The notes below the pieces were generated by a model that saw only the letters and a program-made list of their open reading frames with translations, was not told where the DNA came from and made no database searches. A DNA stretch of 64,000 bases from assembly GCA_020343875.1 (NCBI GenBank), contig CP070811.1, forward strand, positions 1,369,313 to 1,433,312. The letters are read 5' to 3'. Shown piece after piece: positions 55,228 to 64,000 of the stretch (positions within the stretch are counted from its first letter, which is position 1; each line of letters opens with the position of its first letter). A program made the position numbers and the translations under genes. Source of the stretch: Anaerolineales bacterium. GTDB taxonomy: Bacteria; Chloroflexota; Anaerolineae; 4572-78; NAK82.

Positions 55228-55868
55228 GCACCCCACGGCACTTGCCTGCGCGGTTCTTAAAGATCGCCTTTCACCTACTTTATTACCAATTGGCGTGGAC
55301 CTACGACGTAGTAGCCTGGCTCGTCTCGTTCGGCCAGTGGACAGCCTGGCGGCGCACCGCCACGCTATTCTTGCAAGAAGGTCCCGTCCTGGAACTGGCC
55401 TACGGCACCGGCGGCCTAATGGCCGATATGGCAGCAGGCGGCCTGGCGCCGGTGGGGCTGGATCTCTCACCGTACATGGCACGCATAACACAGCGACGCT
55501 TGGTACGGCAGGGGATCATTCCCCGGTTAGTTCATGGTCAGGCGCAACACCTTCCCTTCCCCGACGCCTCATTTGCCAACGTGATATCTACCTTCCCGAC
55601 TGAATTCATCCTAGATCCCCAGACATTGGGTTCAATCGCCCGGATTTTGCAGCCTGGAGGCTGCCTGGTAGTAGTCGCAATCGGCTACTTGAAGGGGCCC
55701 GAACCTTTGCGTGGTTTGGTTGAGTGGCTGTATCAGATCACCGGTCAGCGTGAGTTCCCCAAACCCAAACCTCTGGCCCGCCTCGAGGCGTTCGGCTTCA
55801 ATGCCCAGTGGCAATATGCAACGCTGGGCAATGCCACGGCTCGCCTACTGGTGGCCACCCGCCGTTGA
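55224..55868 (+). CDS. Class I SAM-dependent methyltransferase
   Basis: VLELAYGTGG motif I and LQPGGCLVV. The TTG start overlaps the upstream stop. Confidence 0.65.
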   Translation: MSTPRHLPARFLKIAFHLLYYQLAWTYDVVAWLVSFGQWTAWRRTATLFLQEGPVLELAYGTGGLMADMAAGGLAPVGLDLSPYMARITQRRLVRQGIIPRLVHGQAQHLPFPDASFANVISTFPTEFILDPQTLGSIARILQPGGCLVVVAIGYLKGPEPLRGLVEWLYQITGQREFPKPKPLARLEAFGFNAQWQYATLGNATARLLVATRR

Positions 55869-56004
55869 GAATGATTCCACTTCCTTCATATCCCATCCAT
55901 AAAGAAAACAGCCTTCTTTTCCCCACGGGCTGCCTCATGGTATAATCAGCCCAAGTTGTGGGGGGAGTTGCAGCCCTACCAACACCCGAGACGGAGCTTA
56001 GATA

Positions 56005-58320
56005 TTGAGCGACTTTGTGAATCCCTACCTTGCCGGTCGGCCTATTGAGAGCCCTGGGATGTTTTATGGACGCGATGACGCTTTGATCTGGGTAGAGCAA
56101 CAACTCACTCTCGACCGTCGTTTCCTCATCGCATATGGCCCGGACTTGATCGGCAAAACTTCGCTGATCCGCCGCCTGCCCGCTGTTTTGCCAAAGCATA
56201 TTTATTGCCTGTATTTTGAGTGCAAGCCCCATGAAGACAGGGCTTTGCCCCAGGTATGGGCGGCGCTGGCAGGCGAGCTGGCTGATCAGTTGATGGCCCA
56301 AGGCCTTGTGTCACCTCACCAGGTGGATACAGCTGTCGACTCTGCAGCAGCCGTTGAGGCTCTCCTAAGACACGCGGGGCCTGATCAGAACGCAGATCCC
56401 TCTCAAGGAAAGGGAACCTACAGGTTGCTGCTTGTTCTCGATGATGCACATCGGGTGGCAGGCACCGCTCCATCCTCCACAGCCAGCTTCTTCGACTTCC
56501 TGACCAACTTGCTGACCGAAGTGCCCGCACTGCATGTGTTGTTGACGCTATCCGACCTGAGTTATGACCAGCTCACTCACTCCCTGCCTATCAACGCTAT
56601 GGCCTTTCGCCTGGGGCCGCTCCGTAGCGATGCAGCCCAGCAACTCATCACCCGACCTGCGCAAGGAGCGTTGCGGTTCGACGCTGGAGTAGTCAAGCGC
56701 ATTGCTGAGATCACATCAAACCACCCTTACTATTTACATCTCTTCTGTTACACCCTGTACAACTATTGCGCACACAAGAGATGGATCAACCAGAGCGATA
56801 TTGACCAGGTGCTCAAGGCGTTGCTGAATCTCCCTAATGAGCCGTTTCAGGCCATTTGGGAGCAGTCTAATAGGGCTGAGCAAGCGGCACTGACGGCCCT
56901 GGCTGGGCTAAAAGGCGCGCACGGGCCAATTACCCGGCAAGAGGTAACCAACTATCTACGACGATTCGACACGGGGACTGCGCCTGATGTTATCTTCAGC
57001 GCCCTCGAGTCGCTGGCCGACCGGGGTGTGCTGGTGCGCATGGGAGCTTTGAGCTATCGCTTTAGCGTGAACCTCTTCCGCTACTGGCTCGACTATCACA
57101 CCGATCCGGCCCAGGTACTACACGGCGCCAATTGGACCCGACTCAGCGCCCAATTTGCCCAGCGCCCTGCCTCCGAGGAAGTGGAACCTGTGGAGTCTCC
57201 GGGCAGTAGCCGTGAGACACAGGAGGAAAGAACCCATAAGCGTGGTTCGACGGTAGGTCGGCTGGTCATTGGGGGGTTGACCGCAACAGCCTTACTCGGT
57301 GTGGTCCTTCTGGCACTGGCCTCTCGCGGCATGTTGCCTGTGGAAATCGTCAGCCCAATCCCAACAGAGATGCCAACCCAGCAGTCGCTTGGCGGCTTCG
57401 CATCACCGGTCCCCACCCCTACCTCCACATCGGTTCCCACGCCGACGCCCACCCGTCCGTTGGTTGTCGCCCGTTCCTTGCCGGCCATTGTCTATATGGC
57501 GCGAGGCGGCACTGACAGCGTAGCTCCCGCCACGTGGGATCTCTTCGTAATGGACGCCGACGGCACCAATCGCCGGCAACGGACGGATAGCAACGCGGAT
57601 GACATCACACCGATCTGGTCGCCCGATGGACAGCGCATTGCTTTTGTCTCGCAGCGCGACGGTAACCGAGACATATACATGATCTCCGCAGATACCCTCA
57701 CAGACACGCAGCCAGTGAATATCACCCGGCATCCGTCCGAGGACTGGACACCAGCTTGGTCCCCCGACGGGCAGAAAATTGCCTTCTCGTCAAATCGCCA
57801 GGGGAACTGGGAAATCTTCATCGTGAATCCCGACGGCACCGACTTGAGACAAATTACCAACGACGGAGAGGGGAATCTGTCCCCAGTCTGGTCGCCCGAC
57901 GGACAGACAATGGCGTACGCCAGCAAGCGCGACGGGGATTGGGAGATCTACACTATGCCAGCCCCAGATGTCCAGGGCCAGTTGACAGGTGAGCGGCGTC
58001 GCCTGACGTTTTCCACGGGGAATGATCTGTCGCCCCTCTTTTCTCCCACAGGGAGCCGCATTGCCTTTGAGAGCAACCGAGAAGGAGACGTTGAGATTTA
58101 CGTGATGAATGCTGACGGGTCAAACCAGCAGAACCTCAGCAATCTACCTTCCGCAGATGACCACGGCCCGGTCTGGTCGCCTGATGAGCAACGACTGGTA
58201 TTCTATTCCAACCGTGAGGGAAACTGGGATCTATTTGTGATGAACGATACGGGAGAGGGGGTGATCAATCTTACCAGCACTCTTGACAGCGATGAGCAGG
58301 CGCCTGCCTGGCGACCTTAG
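56005..58320 (+). CDS. AAA/STAND-like ATPase domain + TM helix + Pro/Thr linker + extracytoplasmic TolB-like PD40 repeats
   Basis: Walker [10 protein letters not shown], Walker [10 protein letters not shown], a TM helix at ~residue 420, then six or more repeats of xPxWSPDGQxIAFxSxRDGNxxIY. Confidence 0.65.
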   Translation: MSDFVNPYLAGRPIESPGMFYGRDDALIWVEQQLTLDRRFLIAYGPDLIGKTSLIRRLPAVLPKHIYCLYFECKPHEDRALPQVWAALAGELADQLMAQGLVSPHQVDTAVDSAAAVEALLRHAGPDQNADPSQGKGTYRLLLVLDDAHRVAGTAPSSTASFFDFLTNLLTEVPALHVLLTLSDLSYDQLTHSLPINAMAFRLGPLRSDAAQQLITRPAQGALRFDAGVVKRIAEITSNHPYYLHLFCYTLYNYCAHKRWINQSDIDQVLKALLNLPNEPFQAIWEQSNRAEQAALTALAGLKGAHGPITRQEVTNYLRRFDTGTAPDVIFSALESLADRGVLVRMGALSYRFSVNLFRYWLDYHTDPAQVLHGANWTRLSAQFAQRPASEEVEPVESPGSSRETQEERTHKRGSTVGRLVIGGLTATALLGVVLLALASRGMLPVEIVSPIPTEMPTQQSLGGFASPVPTPTSTSVPTPTPTRPLVVARSLPAIVYMARGGTDSVAPATWDLFVMDADGTNRRQRTDSNADDITPIWSPDGQRIAFVSQRDGNRDIYMISADTLTDTQPVNITRHPSEDWTPAWSPDGQKIAFSSNRQGNWEIFIVNPDGTDLRQITNDGEGNLSPVWSPDGQTMAYASKRDGDWEIYTMPAPDVQGQLTGERRRLTFSTGNDLSPLFSPTGSRIAFESNREGDVEIYVMNADGSNQQNLSNLPSADDHGPVWSPDEQRLVFYSNREGNWDLFVMNDTGEGVINLTSTLDSDEQAPAWRP

Positions 58321-58976
58321 CGCCCCTCCAACTTCATGTGATCCTTCAGGTTGTGTTCCACCGCATAAGCGGCCGCCTCGGCGCGATTGGAAACCCCCAA
58401 CTTGCCTAGAATATTGCTGACGTAGTTGCGTACGGTCCCTTCACCCAAGTACAGTGATTCGGCTATCTCTCGATTTGTTTTACCTTCAGATATGAGGGCA
58501 AGCACTCGCAATTCCTGCTCGGTCAGATCGGCAAAGGCAGCAAAGGCTTCTTTACGGGCCGCTTCCCGGACTCTGGCAAGTACGCGCCGAGTCAGGCTGG
58601 GATCGATCAGTGCCTCACCGCGGCCAACTGTCTCAATAGCCCGCACCAGTTCGTCACTCCCGATTTGCTTGAGGACGTAACCCGCCGCACCGGCAGCAAT
58701 GGCATCGAATAGCAATTCATCTTCCGCATACGAAGTCAGCATGATGACTCTAGTTTCGGGGACTTGACTGATGATCTGCTGACAGGCGTCAATCCCGCTG
58801 CTTCCTGTCAGACGAATGTCCATCACCACTACGTCCGGTTGGTGTTCAAGCGCGCGACTGACAGCCTCCTCAGCCGTGGCAGCTTCGGCCACCACTTGCC
58901 AGCCCGACTGGCGCTCCAAGAGCCCCCTCAAACCCAGGCGCACGACTTCATGATCGTCAACCACCATTATTCTCAC
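58317..58976 (-). CDS. NarL/LuxR-family response regulator
   Basis: Receiver domain ([11 protein letters not shown]...VVVMDIRL) plus a C-terminal HTH ([45 protein letters not shown]). Confidence 0.9.
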   Translation of the reverse strand: MRIMVVDDHEVVRLGLRGLLERQSGWQVVAEAATAEEAVSRALEHQPDVVVMDIRLTGSSGIDACQQIISQVPETRVIMLTSYAEDELLFDAIAAGAAGYVLKQIGSDELVRAIETVGRGEALIDPSLTRRVLARVREAARKEAFAAFADLTEQELRVLALISEGKTNREIAESLYLGEGTVRNYVSNILGKLGVSNRAEAAAYAVEHNLKDHMKLEGR

Positions 58977-58988
58977 AGTGTTACCCCC

Positions 58989-60440
58989 TCATAAAACAGG
59001 CGTCACATCCCGTTTGAGGGCCTTATGCTCATAAGGCACCTCCAGGTCTATGACTACACCACGCCCAGGCTGGCCACTAATGCTTAGTTCACCGCCAAGC
59101 AACATCGTTCGCTCACGCATATTTCGCACTCCCTGCCCCCTCCCATCGCTAGGCAAGTCGGTCATCCCAACGCCGTCATCGGCAATCCGAAGCCGCATTG
59201 AGCCTGCTCCCCAGTGCAAACGCACCACAACCCGCTTGGCATGAGCGTGGCGAGATATGTTGGTCAATGTCTCTCGCACAATACTCAAAACGTGTCTTCG
59301 CTGCTCGGTGGTGAGCAGGAAAGGATCATCACCGTCTACACTCAGGTCAACAGACAGCAAGGTATTTACCTGCAAGTCACGCAGCATTTTGGAGAGTCCC
59401 CTCCCCAATTCTGCGGCCTCAGTTGTGGGTTCAGCGCGCAAGTCAAAGATGTAACGTCGGATCTCTTGAATAGTGCTATTAAGTGATCGCATCACCTCAG
59501 CTAGCTTCCCTTTTGCTTCGCCGGGCGAGTCGTCCATCAAATAGGTTACACTTTCCAGCATCAGGCCAGCCGCATAGATGGACTGAATCGTCCCGTCATG
59601 CAATTCTCGCCCAATCCGCTCCCGGTCGGCCATCAACACCTGAGCTCGCTCCGCTTCCTCAAGTACCCGAGCTGTCTCAATCTGAAATATCTCCATAGCT
59701 CGGATCACGCTGTAGGCGAGGAGCAAGCCAAAGATGGAAACAAAGACCTGAATAGGTACACCAATGGTACGTTCCAGCAGGCTATAGTTCAACACGTTGG
59801 CCGGTACAAAAGGGGCGTCGGGCACAACCAGGCCGTTGAGCAAGGCCAACGCTGCCAGCGACAAGCTGGCCATCCTCAGAAAGTGCTCGATACGCGGCAA
59901 GTCCAGCAGCTGAATCTCTCGCTGGATATGCTTGTGAAGCCCTAACGCAGCGGTTATCGCCGATGGGCCTGCCAGACAATAGCGACCGAACACCTCCCAG
60001 TAGGTCAAGAGTAGTTCATCTGGGGCCAAATGAAGGAGCCAGCTTCCGATCAAGGTCACTCCCCAGGCTATAAACAGCCCTATGGGAAGCCACGTTGCCC
60101 ATCTCTGTGACACCAGCTCCGGCGCCATCAATTGCAGCCCAAATCGCATCAGAGCAGCGAATGACAGCGCCAGCAGCGATGTCTGGGCAAAGTATAGGGC
60201 CGCGATCAGCCTGACTGGGAGGTACGTAATCTGGATGGGGATAAACACCTGGCCCCATTGAGCCAATCCATTAGCGATGCCGAATATTGCCAGAAATGGA
60301 AGGCTCTTGGTCAGTGCCAAGCGACTATGTTGGCGTGACTGCGAAGCAATGGCCAGTCCAACCACGAAGAAGACCTGGCCATACAGGAAGAAAAAGACGG
60401 TTTTGTTGGTCTCAAAAAAACCGCGCAGTAAATCAGTCAT
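58989..60440 (-). CDS. Membrane sensor histidine kinase (HisKA_3 / NarX-DesK type)
   Basis: Multi-TM N-terminal domain, H-box RIGRELHDGTIQSIYA, and an HATPase region (...ADDGVGM...GQGVRNMRER...GG). Confidence 0.85.
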   Translation of the reverse strand: MTDLLRGFFETNKTVFFFLYGQVFFVVGLAIASQSRQHSRLALTKSLPFLAIFGIANGLAQWGQVFIPIQITYLPVRLIAALYFAQTSLLALSFAALMRFGLQLMAPELVSQRWATWLPIGLFIAWGVTLIGSWLLHLAPDELLLTYWEVFGRYCLAGPSAITAALGLHKHIQREIQLLDLPRIEHFLRMASLSLAALALLNGLVVPDAPFVPANVLNYSLLERTIGVPIQVFVSIFGLLLAYSVIRAMEIFQIETARVLEEAERAQVLMADRERIGRELHDGTIQSIYAAGLMLESVTYLMDDSPGEAKGKLAEVMRSLNSTIQEIRRYIFDLRAEPTTEAAELGRGLSKMLRDLQVNTLLSVDLSVDGDDPFLLTTEQRRHVLSIVRETLTNISRHAHAKRVVVRLHWGAGSMRLRIADDGVGMTDLPSDGRGQGVRNMRERTMLLGGELSISGQPGRGVVIDLEVPYEHKALKRDVTPVL

Positions 60441-61326
60441 ACCTTTCCTGGCATCCCTGAGGCGACACTCGCATTTCGTGTAGTATTTGGTCTACAAAAG
60501 ACACAAAAACCCCAGGCGAGCGACCTAGCAGCCACCTCAACATATTCGAATTACCCCAAAACCCATAGCGCTCATAGTAGCGAAACATCCTGCCCAGAGA
60601 CTCAATTTGATAGTCACCCAAGCCGCCTGCACGTGCTTGCCGTTCCCATACATTAAAGGGTTCCGTTTCAGCACAAACCATGCGCCCGAGGCTACGGCTG
60701 AGGATGGTGGCGACTTCAGTCTGTGCCAGCACTTCAGAACCAGCCAATTCGTAGATGGCCCCTTGATGCATGCCCTGGGTGAGCACTATGGCGGCAGCAG
60801 TAGCTACGTCCTTCAAATCAACCATTCCTAAGCGGGTCTCAACGGCATAAGGCACCCGGTAGACACCATGGTCCACAATTGAGTCCCAGCCAGCCAGAAT
60901 ATTTTGCATATAGGCAGCTGGCTGCAGAATCGTAAAAGGTAGGCCAGATTCGAAGAGATGTTCTTCCACCCGCAACTTCTGCCAGTGGTGTGGCATGGCC
61001 TCTACTTGGGGATGAAGCACCGAATGATAGACGAAATGTGCTACTCCCGCTGAACGGGCTGCGTCAATGACTACTTTCCCAATAGTTAGCTCATCAGGGC
61101 TCATGTTGGGACAAATATGATAGAGGGACCGAACTCCTTGAGCGGCCTGATCCATAGTTGCCCGGACGCGCATGTCCCCAACCATCACTTCCTGGGCACC
61201 CAGTTCTTCCAGCGGCTGCACCTGCTTCGCACGATAGACCAAGGCGCGAATCGCAGCACCTCGCCCGACCAATGCGCGAACAACAGCCCGACCGGTTTTA
61301 CCGGCTGCTCCCGTAATGAGAATCAC
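60433..61326 (-). CDS. NmrA-like NAD(P)-binding (atypical SDR) protein
   Basis: MILITGAAGKTGRAVVRALVGRG Rossmann motif. It overlaps the kinase start by 8 nt. Confidence 0.75.
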   Translation of the reverse strand: MILITGAAGKTGRAVVRALVGRGAAIRALVYRAKQVQPLEELGAQEVMVGDMRVRATMDQAAQGVRSLYHICPNMSPDELTIGKVVIDAARSAGVAHFVYHSVLHPQVEAMPHHWQKLRVEEHLFESGLPFTILQPAAYMQNILAGWDSIVDHGVYRVPYAVETRLGMVDLKDVATAAAIVLTQGMHQGAIYELAGSEVLAQTEVATILSRSLGRMVCAETEPFNVWERQARAGGLGDYQIESLGRMFRYYERYGFWGNSNMLRWLLGRSPGVFVSFVDQILHEMRVSPQGCQERYD

Positions 61327-61444
61327 AGGTCCTACTCCGCCTTAATTCCTGTTTCGGCTTTCCTTGGGATCGATTCCATTTTAACACAACCTCACTTGGC
61401 CGCAAACCGACGGCTCAATTCTCTCTCGGTGCCAGAAAAATTGT

Positions 61445-61473
61445 TTGACAACCCCATCTTCTTGGACTACAAT
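61445..61473 (+). promoter_or_regulatory. Sigma70-like promoter (TTGACA-17-TACAAT) for alaS
   Basis: TTGACA at 61445-61450 and TACAAT at 61468-61473, followed by a small hairpin CTCTCA-ACTGG-TGAGAG in the leader. Confidence 0.55.
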
Positions 61474-61531
61474 CCACACGATTATGGAAGATAGCCTCTC
61501 AACTGGTGAGAGCACAAGAGGTGATATTTTA

Positions 61532-64000
61532 ATGATGACCAGCGCCGAAATTCGACAGGCCTTTCTGAATTATTTTAAGAAGCAGGGCCATGCTATTGTG
61601 TCCAGCTCATCTCTCATTCCAGGCAACGATCCCACGTTGCTTTTCACCAACGCCGGCATGGTACAGTTCAAGGACGCATTCCTGGGCTTGGAAAAGCGGG
61701 AATACACGCGCGCCACCACCTCCCAAAAATGCATGCGAGTTTCGGGCAAACACAACGACTTGGAAAACGTAGGACCTTCGCCGCGTCATCACACCTTCTT
61801 CGAAATGCTAGGCAACTTCTCATTCGGTGACTATTTTAAAAGAGAAGCTATTCGCTACGCCTATGAATGCCTGACACAAATTTACGGACTGGACCCAGAC
61901 CAACTATACTATACTGTGCATACGGACGACGACGAGGCCTTTGGCTACTGGGTGGACGACATGCAGGTGGACCCAGAGCGTGTCTATCGAATGGGCGACA
62001 AGACCAACTTCTGGATGATGGGTGATACCGGGCCGTGCGGCCCCACTAGCGAGCTGCATTACGACTGGGGCCCCGAGTTTTGCACTTGTGGTCAACCCGA
62101 TTGCAGCGTAGCCCTCGACAACGGCTGCGAACGCTGGCTGGAGATCTGGAATCTGGTCTTCATGCAGTTCAACCAAGCGGCCGACGGGTCACGAACGCCC
62201 CTGCCCAAACCAGGCGTGGACACGGGTATGGGCCTGGAGCGCATCGTGTCGGTGGTGCAAAACAAGCGCAGCAATTACGAAACTGACCTATTTACTCCTA
62301 TTATGGACCGCGTGCAGGAATTGTTGGGGCACAGCGACGCAGAACGCGAAAAATACCTGGTATCATACCGCGTCATCGCCGACCACGGGCGGGCCGTTAC
62401 CTTTATGATTGGAGATGGGGTGATGCCTGGCAACGAAGGGCGACGGTACGTGCTACGTCTCATCTTGCGCCGGGCCGCCCGTCACGGACGAATGGCTGGC
62501 TTTAGCAACCCCTTCCTAGCGGAGATAGCCAGAGTTGTCTTCAAAGAGATGGGTGCACACTACGCCGAACTCAAAGCGCGCCAAGAATTCATCCTGAACG
62601 TCATTGCACAGGAAGAGGAACGCTTCTATCAGACTTATGAGTTTGGACTGAAGCTATTGACTGATCTGATGGATAACTTAAAGGGGCGTGACGAATCAGT
62701 CATCTCCGGCCCGGATGCCTTCAAGCTGCACGCCACATATGGCTTCCCCTTTGAGCTAACCCGTGACATCGCCCTGGAACACGGGTTACTGGTGGACGAA
62801 GCCGGCTTCCGACATGAAATGACCGGCCACGAAAAGATCTCCGCCTCGGACCAGTTCAAAGCAGCAGGCGAAGAGAAATTGGCATTCTATGCCAACCTGT
62901 TGGAAAAGATGAAAACTGATGGTCAGGTTGGCGCCGCAGGAGTGAAGCACTCTCCTTATGACCATATGGAAACGGAAAGCCAGCTGGTATCCATCATCCG
63001 TGATGGGCAGGTGGTCCAGTCGGCGCGCGAAGGCGAGTTAGTAGAGCTGGTACTGGCTGCTACCCCCTTCTACGTGGAGGCCGGCGGGCAAATCGGCGAC
63101 ACCGGCCTCATCGTGCATTTTGATGATCCCGACTCCCCACCCGCCTGGGAATTTCAAGTCACTGACAGTCAAAAACCAGTCACCGGACTCATCGTCCATG
63201 TGGGGCAAATGACTACTGGGGTGGCACGCCCAGGCGATGAGGCCCAGGCCATCGTGGACCTTGAACGTCGTTGGGACATCATGCGCAACCATACTGCCAC
63301 TCACCTGCTCCACAGCGAACTGCGGCGTGTCTTGGGTGAGCATGTCCAGCAGGCGGGTTCGTTGGTTGCTGTAGACCGATTGCGCTTTGACTTCACCCAC
63401 CCAGGTATGCTGACCCAGGAAGAGTTGCTAACCATCGAAAGTTCAGTCAACGACGCCATCCTGGTCAATCACCCCATCCGCCCCGAATACCACACTTATA
63501 AAGAGGCGGTCGCGGCCGGCGCGATAGCTCTCTTCGGTGAAAAATACGGCGACGCGGTGCGCGTCGTCAAGATCGGTGACGAGGATGCTCCCTTTAGCCA
63601 GGAGTTGTGCGGTGGCACCCACGTGCACTACACCGGCGACATCGGCTTCTTCCACATTGTTTCGGAAGGAAGCGTGGCAGCAGGCGTGCGCCGTATCGAA
63701 GCCGTGACGGGCCGCTATGCCTATCAATTGGTGCAAAATCGAATGGCCACGCTAGATGCAACGGCGGCTTTTCTGGGCTGCGCTCCCGACGAGGTAGACC
63801 GAAAAGTCCTAAATTTGATGGGGCAACTCCAAAACATGGAGAAGGCAGTTGAGAAGCTGCAACGGCAACTGGCCCGGCAAGATTTCGAGCGATTGCTCAG
63901 CCGGGTGCAAGAGGTTAGCGGCATCAACGTGCTGTCAGCCCAAGTAGAGGCCACCAGCGTTGCGATGCTGCGCGAAATGAGCGATTGGTTTCGCGACCGC
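61532..64000 (+). CDS. alaS: Alanine--tRNA ligase, N-terminal ~823 codons (continues beyond window)
   Basis: Not in the ORF track because there is no stop in the window. MMTSAEIRQAFLNYFKKQGHAIVSSSSLIPGNDPTLLFTNAGMVQFKDAFLG...HHTFFEMLGNFSFGDYFK. ATG 61532 is preceded by AAGAGGTG. Confidence 0.9.
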   Translation, partial: MMTSAEIRQAFLNYFKKQGHAIVSSSSLIPGNDPTLLFTNAGMVQFKDAFLGLEKREYTRATTSQKCMRVSGKHNDLENVGPSPRHHTFFEMLGNFSFGDYFKREAIRYAYECLTQIYGLDPDQLYYTVHTDDDEAFGYWVDDMQVDPERVYRMGDKTNFWMMGDTGPCGPTSELHYDWGPEFCTCGQPDCSVALDNGCERWLEIWNLVFMQFNQAADGSRTPLPKPGVDTGMGLERIVSVVQNKRSNYETDLFTPIMDRVQELLGHSDAEREKYLVSYRVIADHGRAVTFMIGDGVMPGNEGRRYVLRLILRRAARHGRMAGFSNPFLAEIARVVFKEMGAHYAELKARQEFILNVIAQEEERFYQTYEFGLKLLTDLMDNLKGRDESVISGPDAFKLHATYGFPFELTRDIALEHGLLVDEAGFRHEMTGHEKISASDQFKAAGEEKLAFYANLLEKMKTDGQVGAAGVKHSPYDHMETESQLVSIIRDGQVVQSAREGELVELVLAATPFYVEAGGQIGDTGLIVHFDDPDSPPAWEFQVTDSQKPVTGLIVHVGQMTTGVARPGDEAQAIVDLERRWDIMRNHTATHLLHSELRRVLGEHVQQAGSLVAVDRLRFDFTHPGMLTQEELLTIESSVNDAILVNHPIRPEYHTYKEAVAAGAIALFGEKYGDAVRVVKIGDEDAPFSQELCGGTHVHYTGDIGFFHIVSEGSVAAGVRRIEAVTGRYAYQLVQNRMATLDATAAFLGCAPDEVDRKVLNLMGQLQNMEKAVEKLQRQLARQDFERLLSRVQEVSGINVLSAQVEATSVAMLREMSDWFRDR

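Noticed and set aside
1-64000. Search for CRISPR arrays, transposases/integrases, tRNA/rRNA genes (including tRNA-Sec) and prophage or defence-system signatures
   Set aside because: I found no direct-repeat arrays, no recombinase-like translations, no tRNA-like T-arm/anticodon contexts (e.g. no CUUCAAAUC-type tRNA-Sec anticodon loop) in the intergenic regions, and no recognisable defence genes. Absence was judged by eye only.

Overview
Bacterial chromosomal window, moderately GC-rich by eye, densely coded, with no transposase, integrase, CRISPR array, rRNA or tRNA that I could recognise. The gene content (an LPXTG sortase substrate, Pro/Thr-rich linkers, many PD40/TolB-propeller proteins, System I Ccm with a CxxxY CcmE) fits a Chloroflexota-like organism, but that is inference only.

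Main blocks:
(1) 1-8.6 kb, minus strand: CBS protein, then a group-1 membrane-bound [NiFe] hydrogenase (small subunit, large subunit, cytochrome b, maturation protease), then a Tat-exported formate dehydrogenase (FdnG, partial FdnH). FdnG carries the classical in-frame UGA (Sec). The hydrogenase large subunit carries two in-frame UGA codons exactly at the two cysteines of the N-terminal RxCGxC Ni-ligand motif. This is the most unusual signal in the window.
(2) 8.8-20.4 kb: housekeeping genes (ychF, rpsF-ssb-rpsR, parvulin PPIase, relA/spoT, PP2C phosphatase, sortase-anchored repeat protein, CheY-like regulator, trmI).
(3) 20.5-32.5 kb: two TetR regulators with sigma70-like promoters and palindromic operators. 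They control a split ABC-2/HlyD efflux system (3 permeases, 2 ATPases, 2 HlyD) with an ADP-ribosylglycohydrolase embedded in it.
(4) 32.6-41 kb: mixed genes (OmpR regulator, YabN-like methylase-MazG, msrB, M50-CBS protease, phosphodiesterase, fatty-acid hydroxylase, YjbQ).
(5) 41.1-54 kb, one long minus-strand run: PD40-M15 peptidase, ccmE (CxxxY variant), ccmF, ccmH, ccmG, zinc-ribbon CcmI-like protein, dihaem cytochrome c, ccmA, ccmB, ccmC, unannotated ccmD, an apparently circularly permuted CcdA, TlpA-like thioredoxin, and a glutaredoxin-like/DUF2085 fusion.
(6) 54.4-64 kb: glpQ-like phosphodiesterase, methyltransferase, ATPase-PD40 protein, NmrA/histidine kinase/NarL operon, and the 5' part of alaS.

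All calls rest on reading the translations and sequence by eye. No database search was run.
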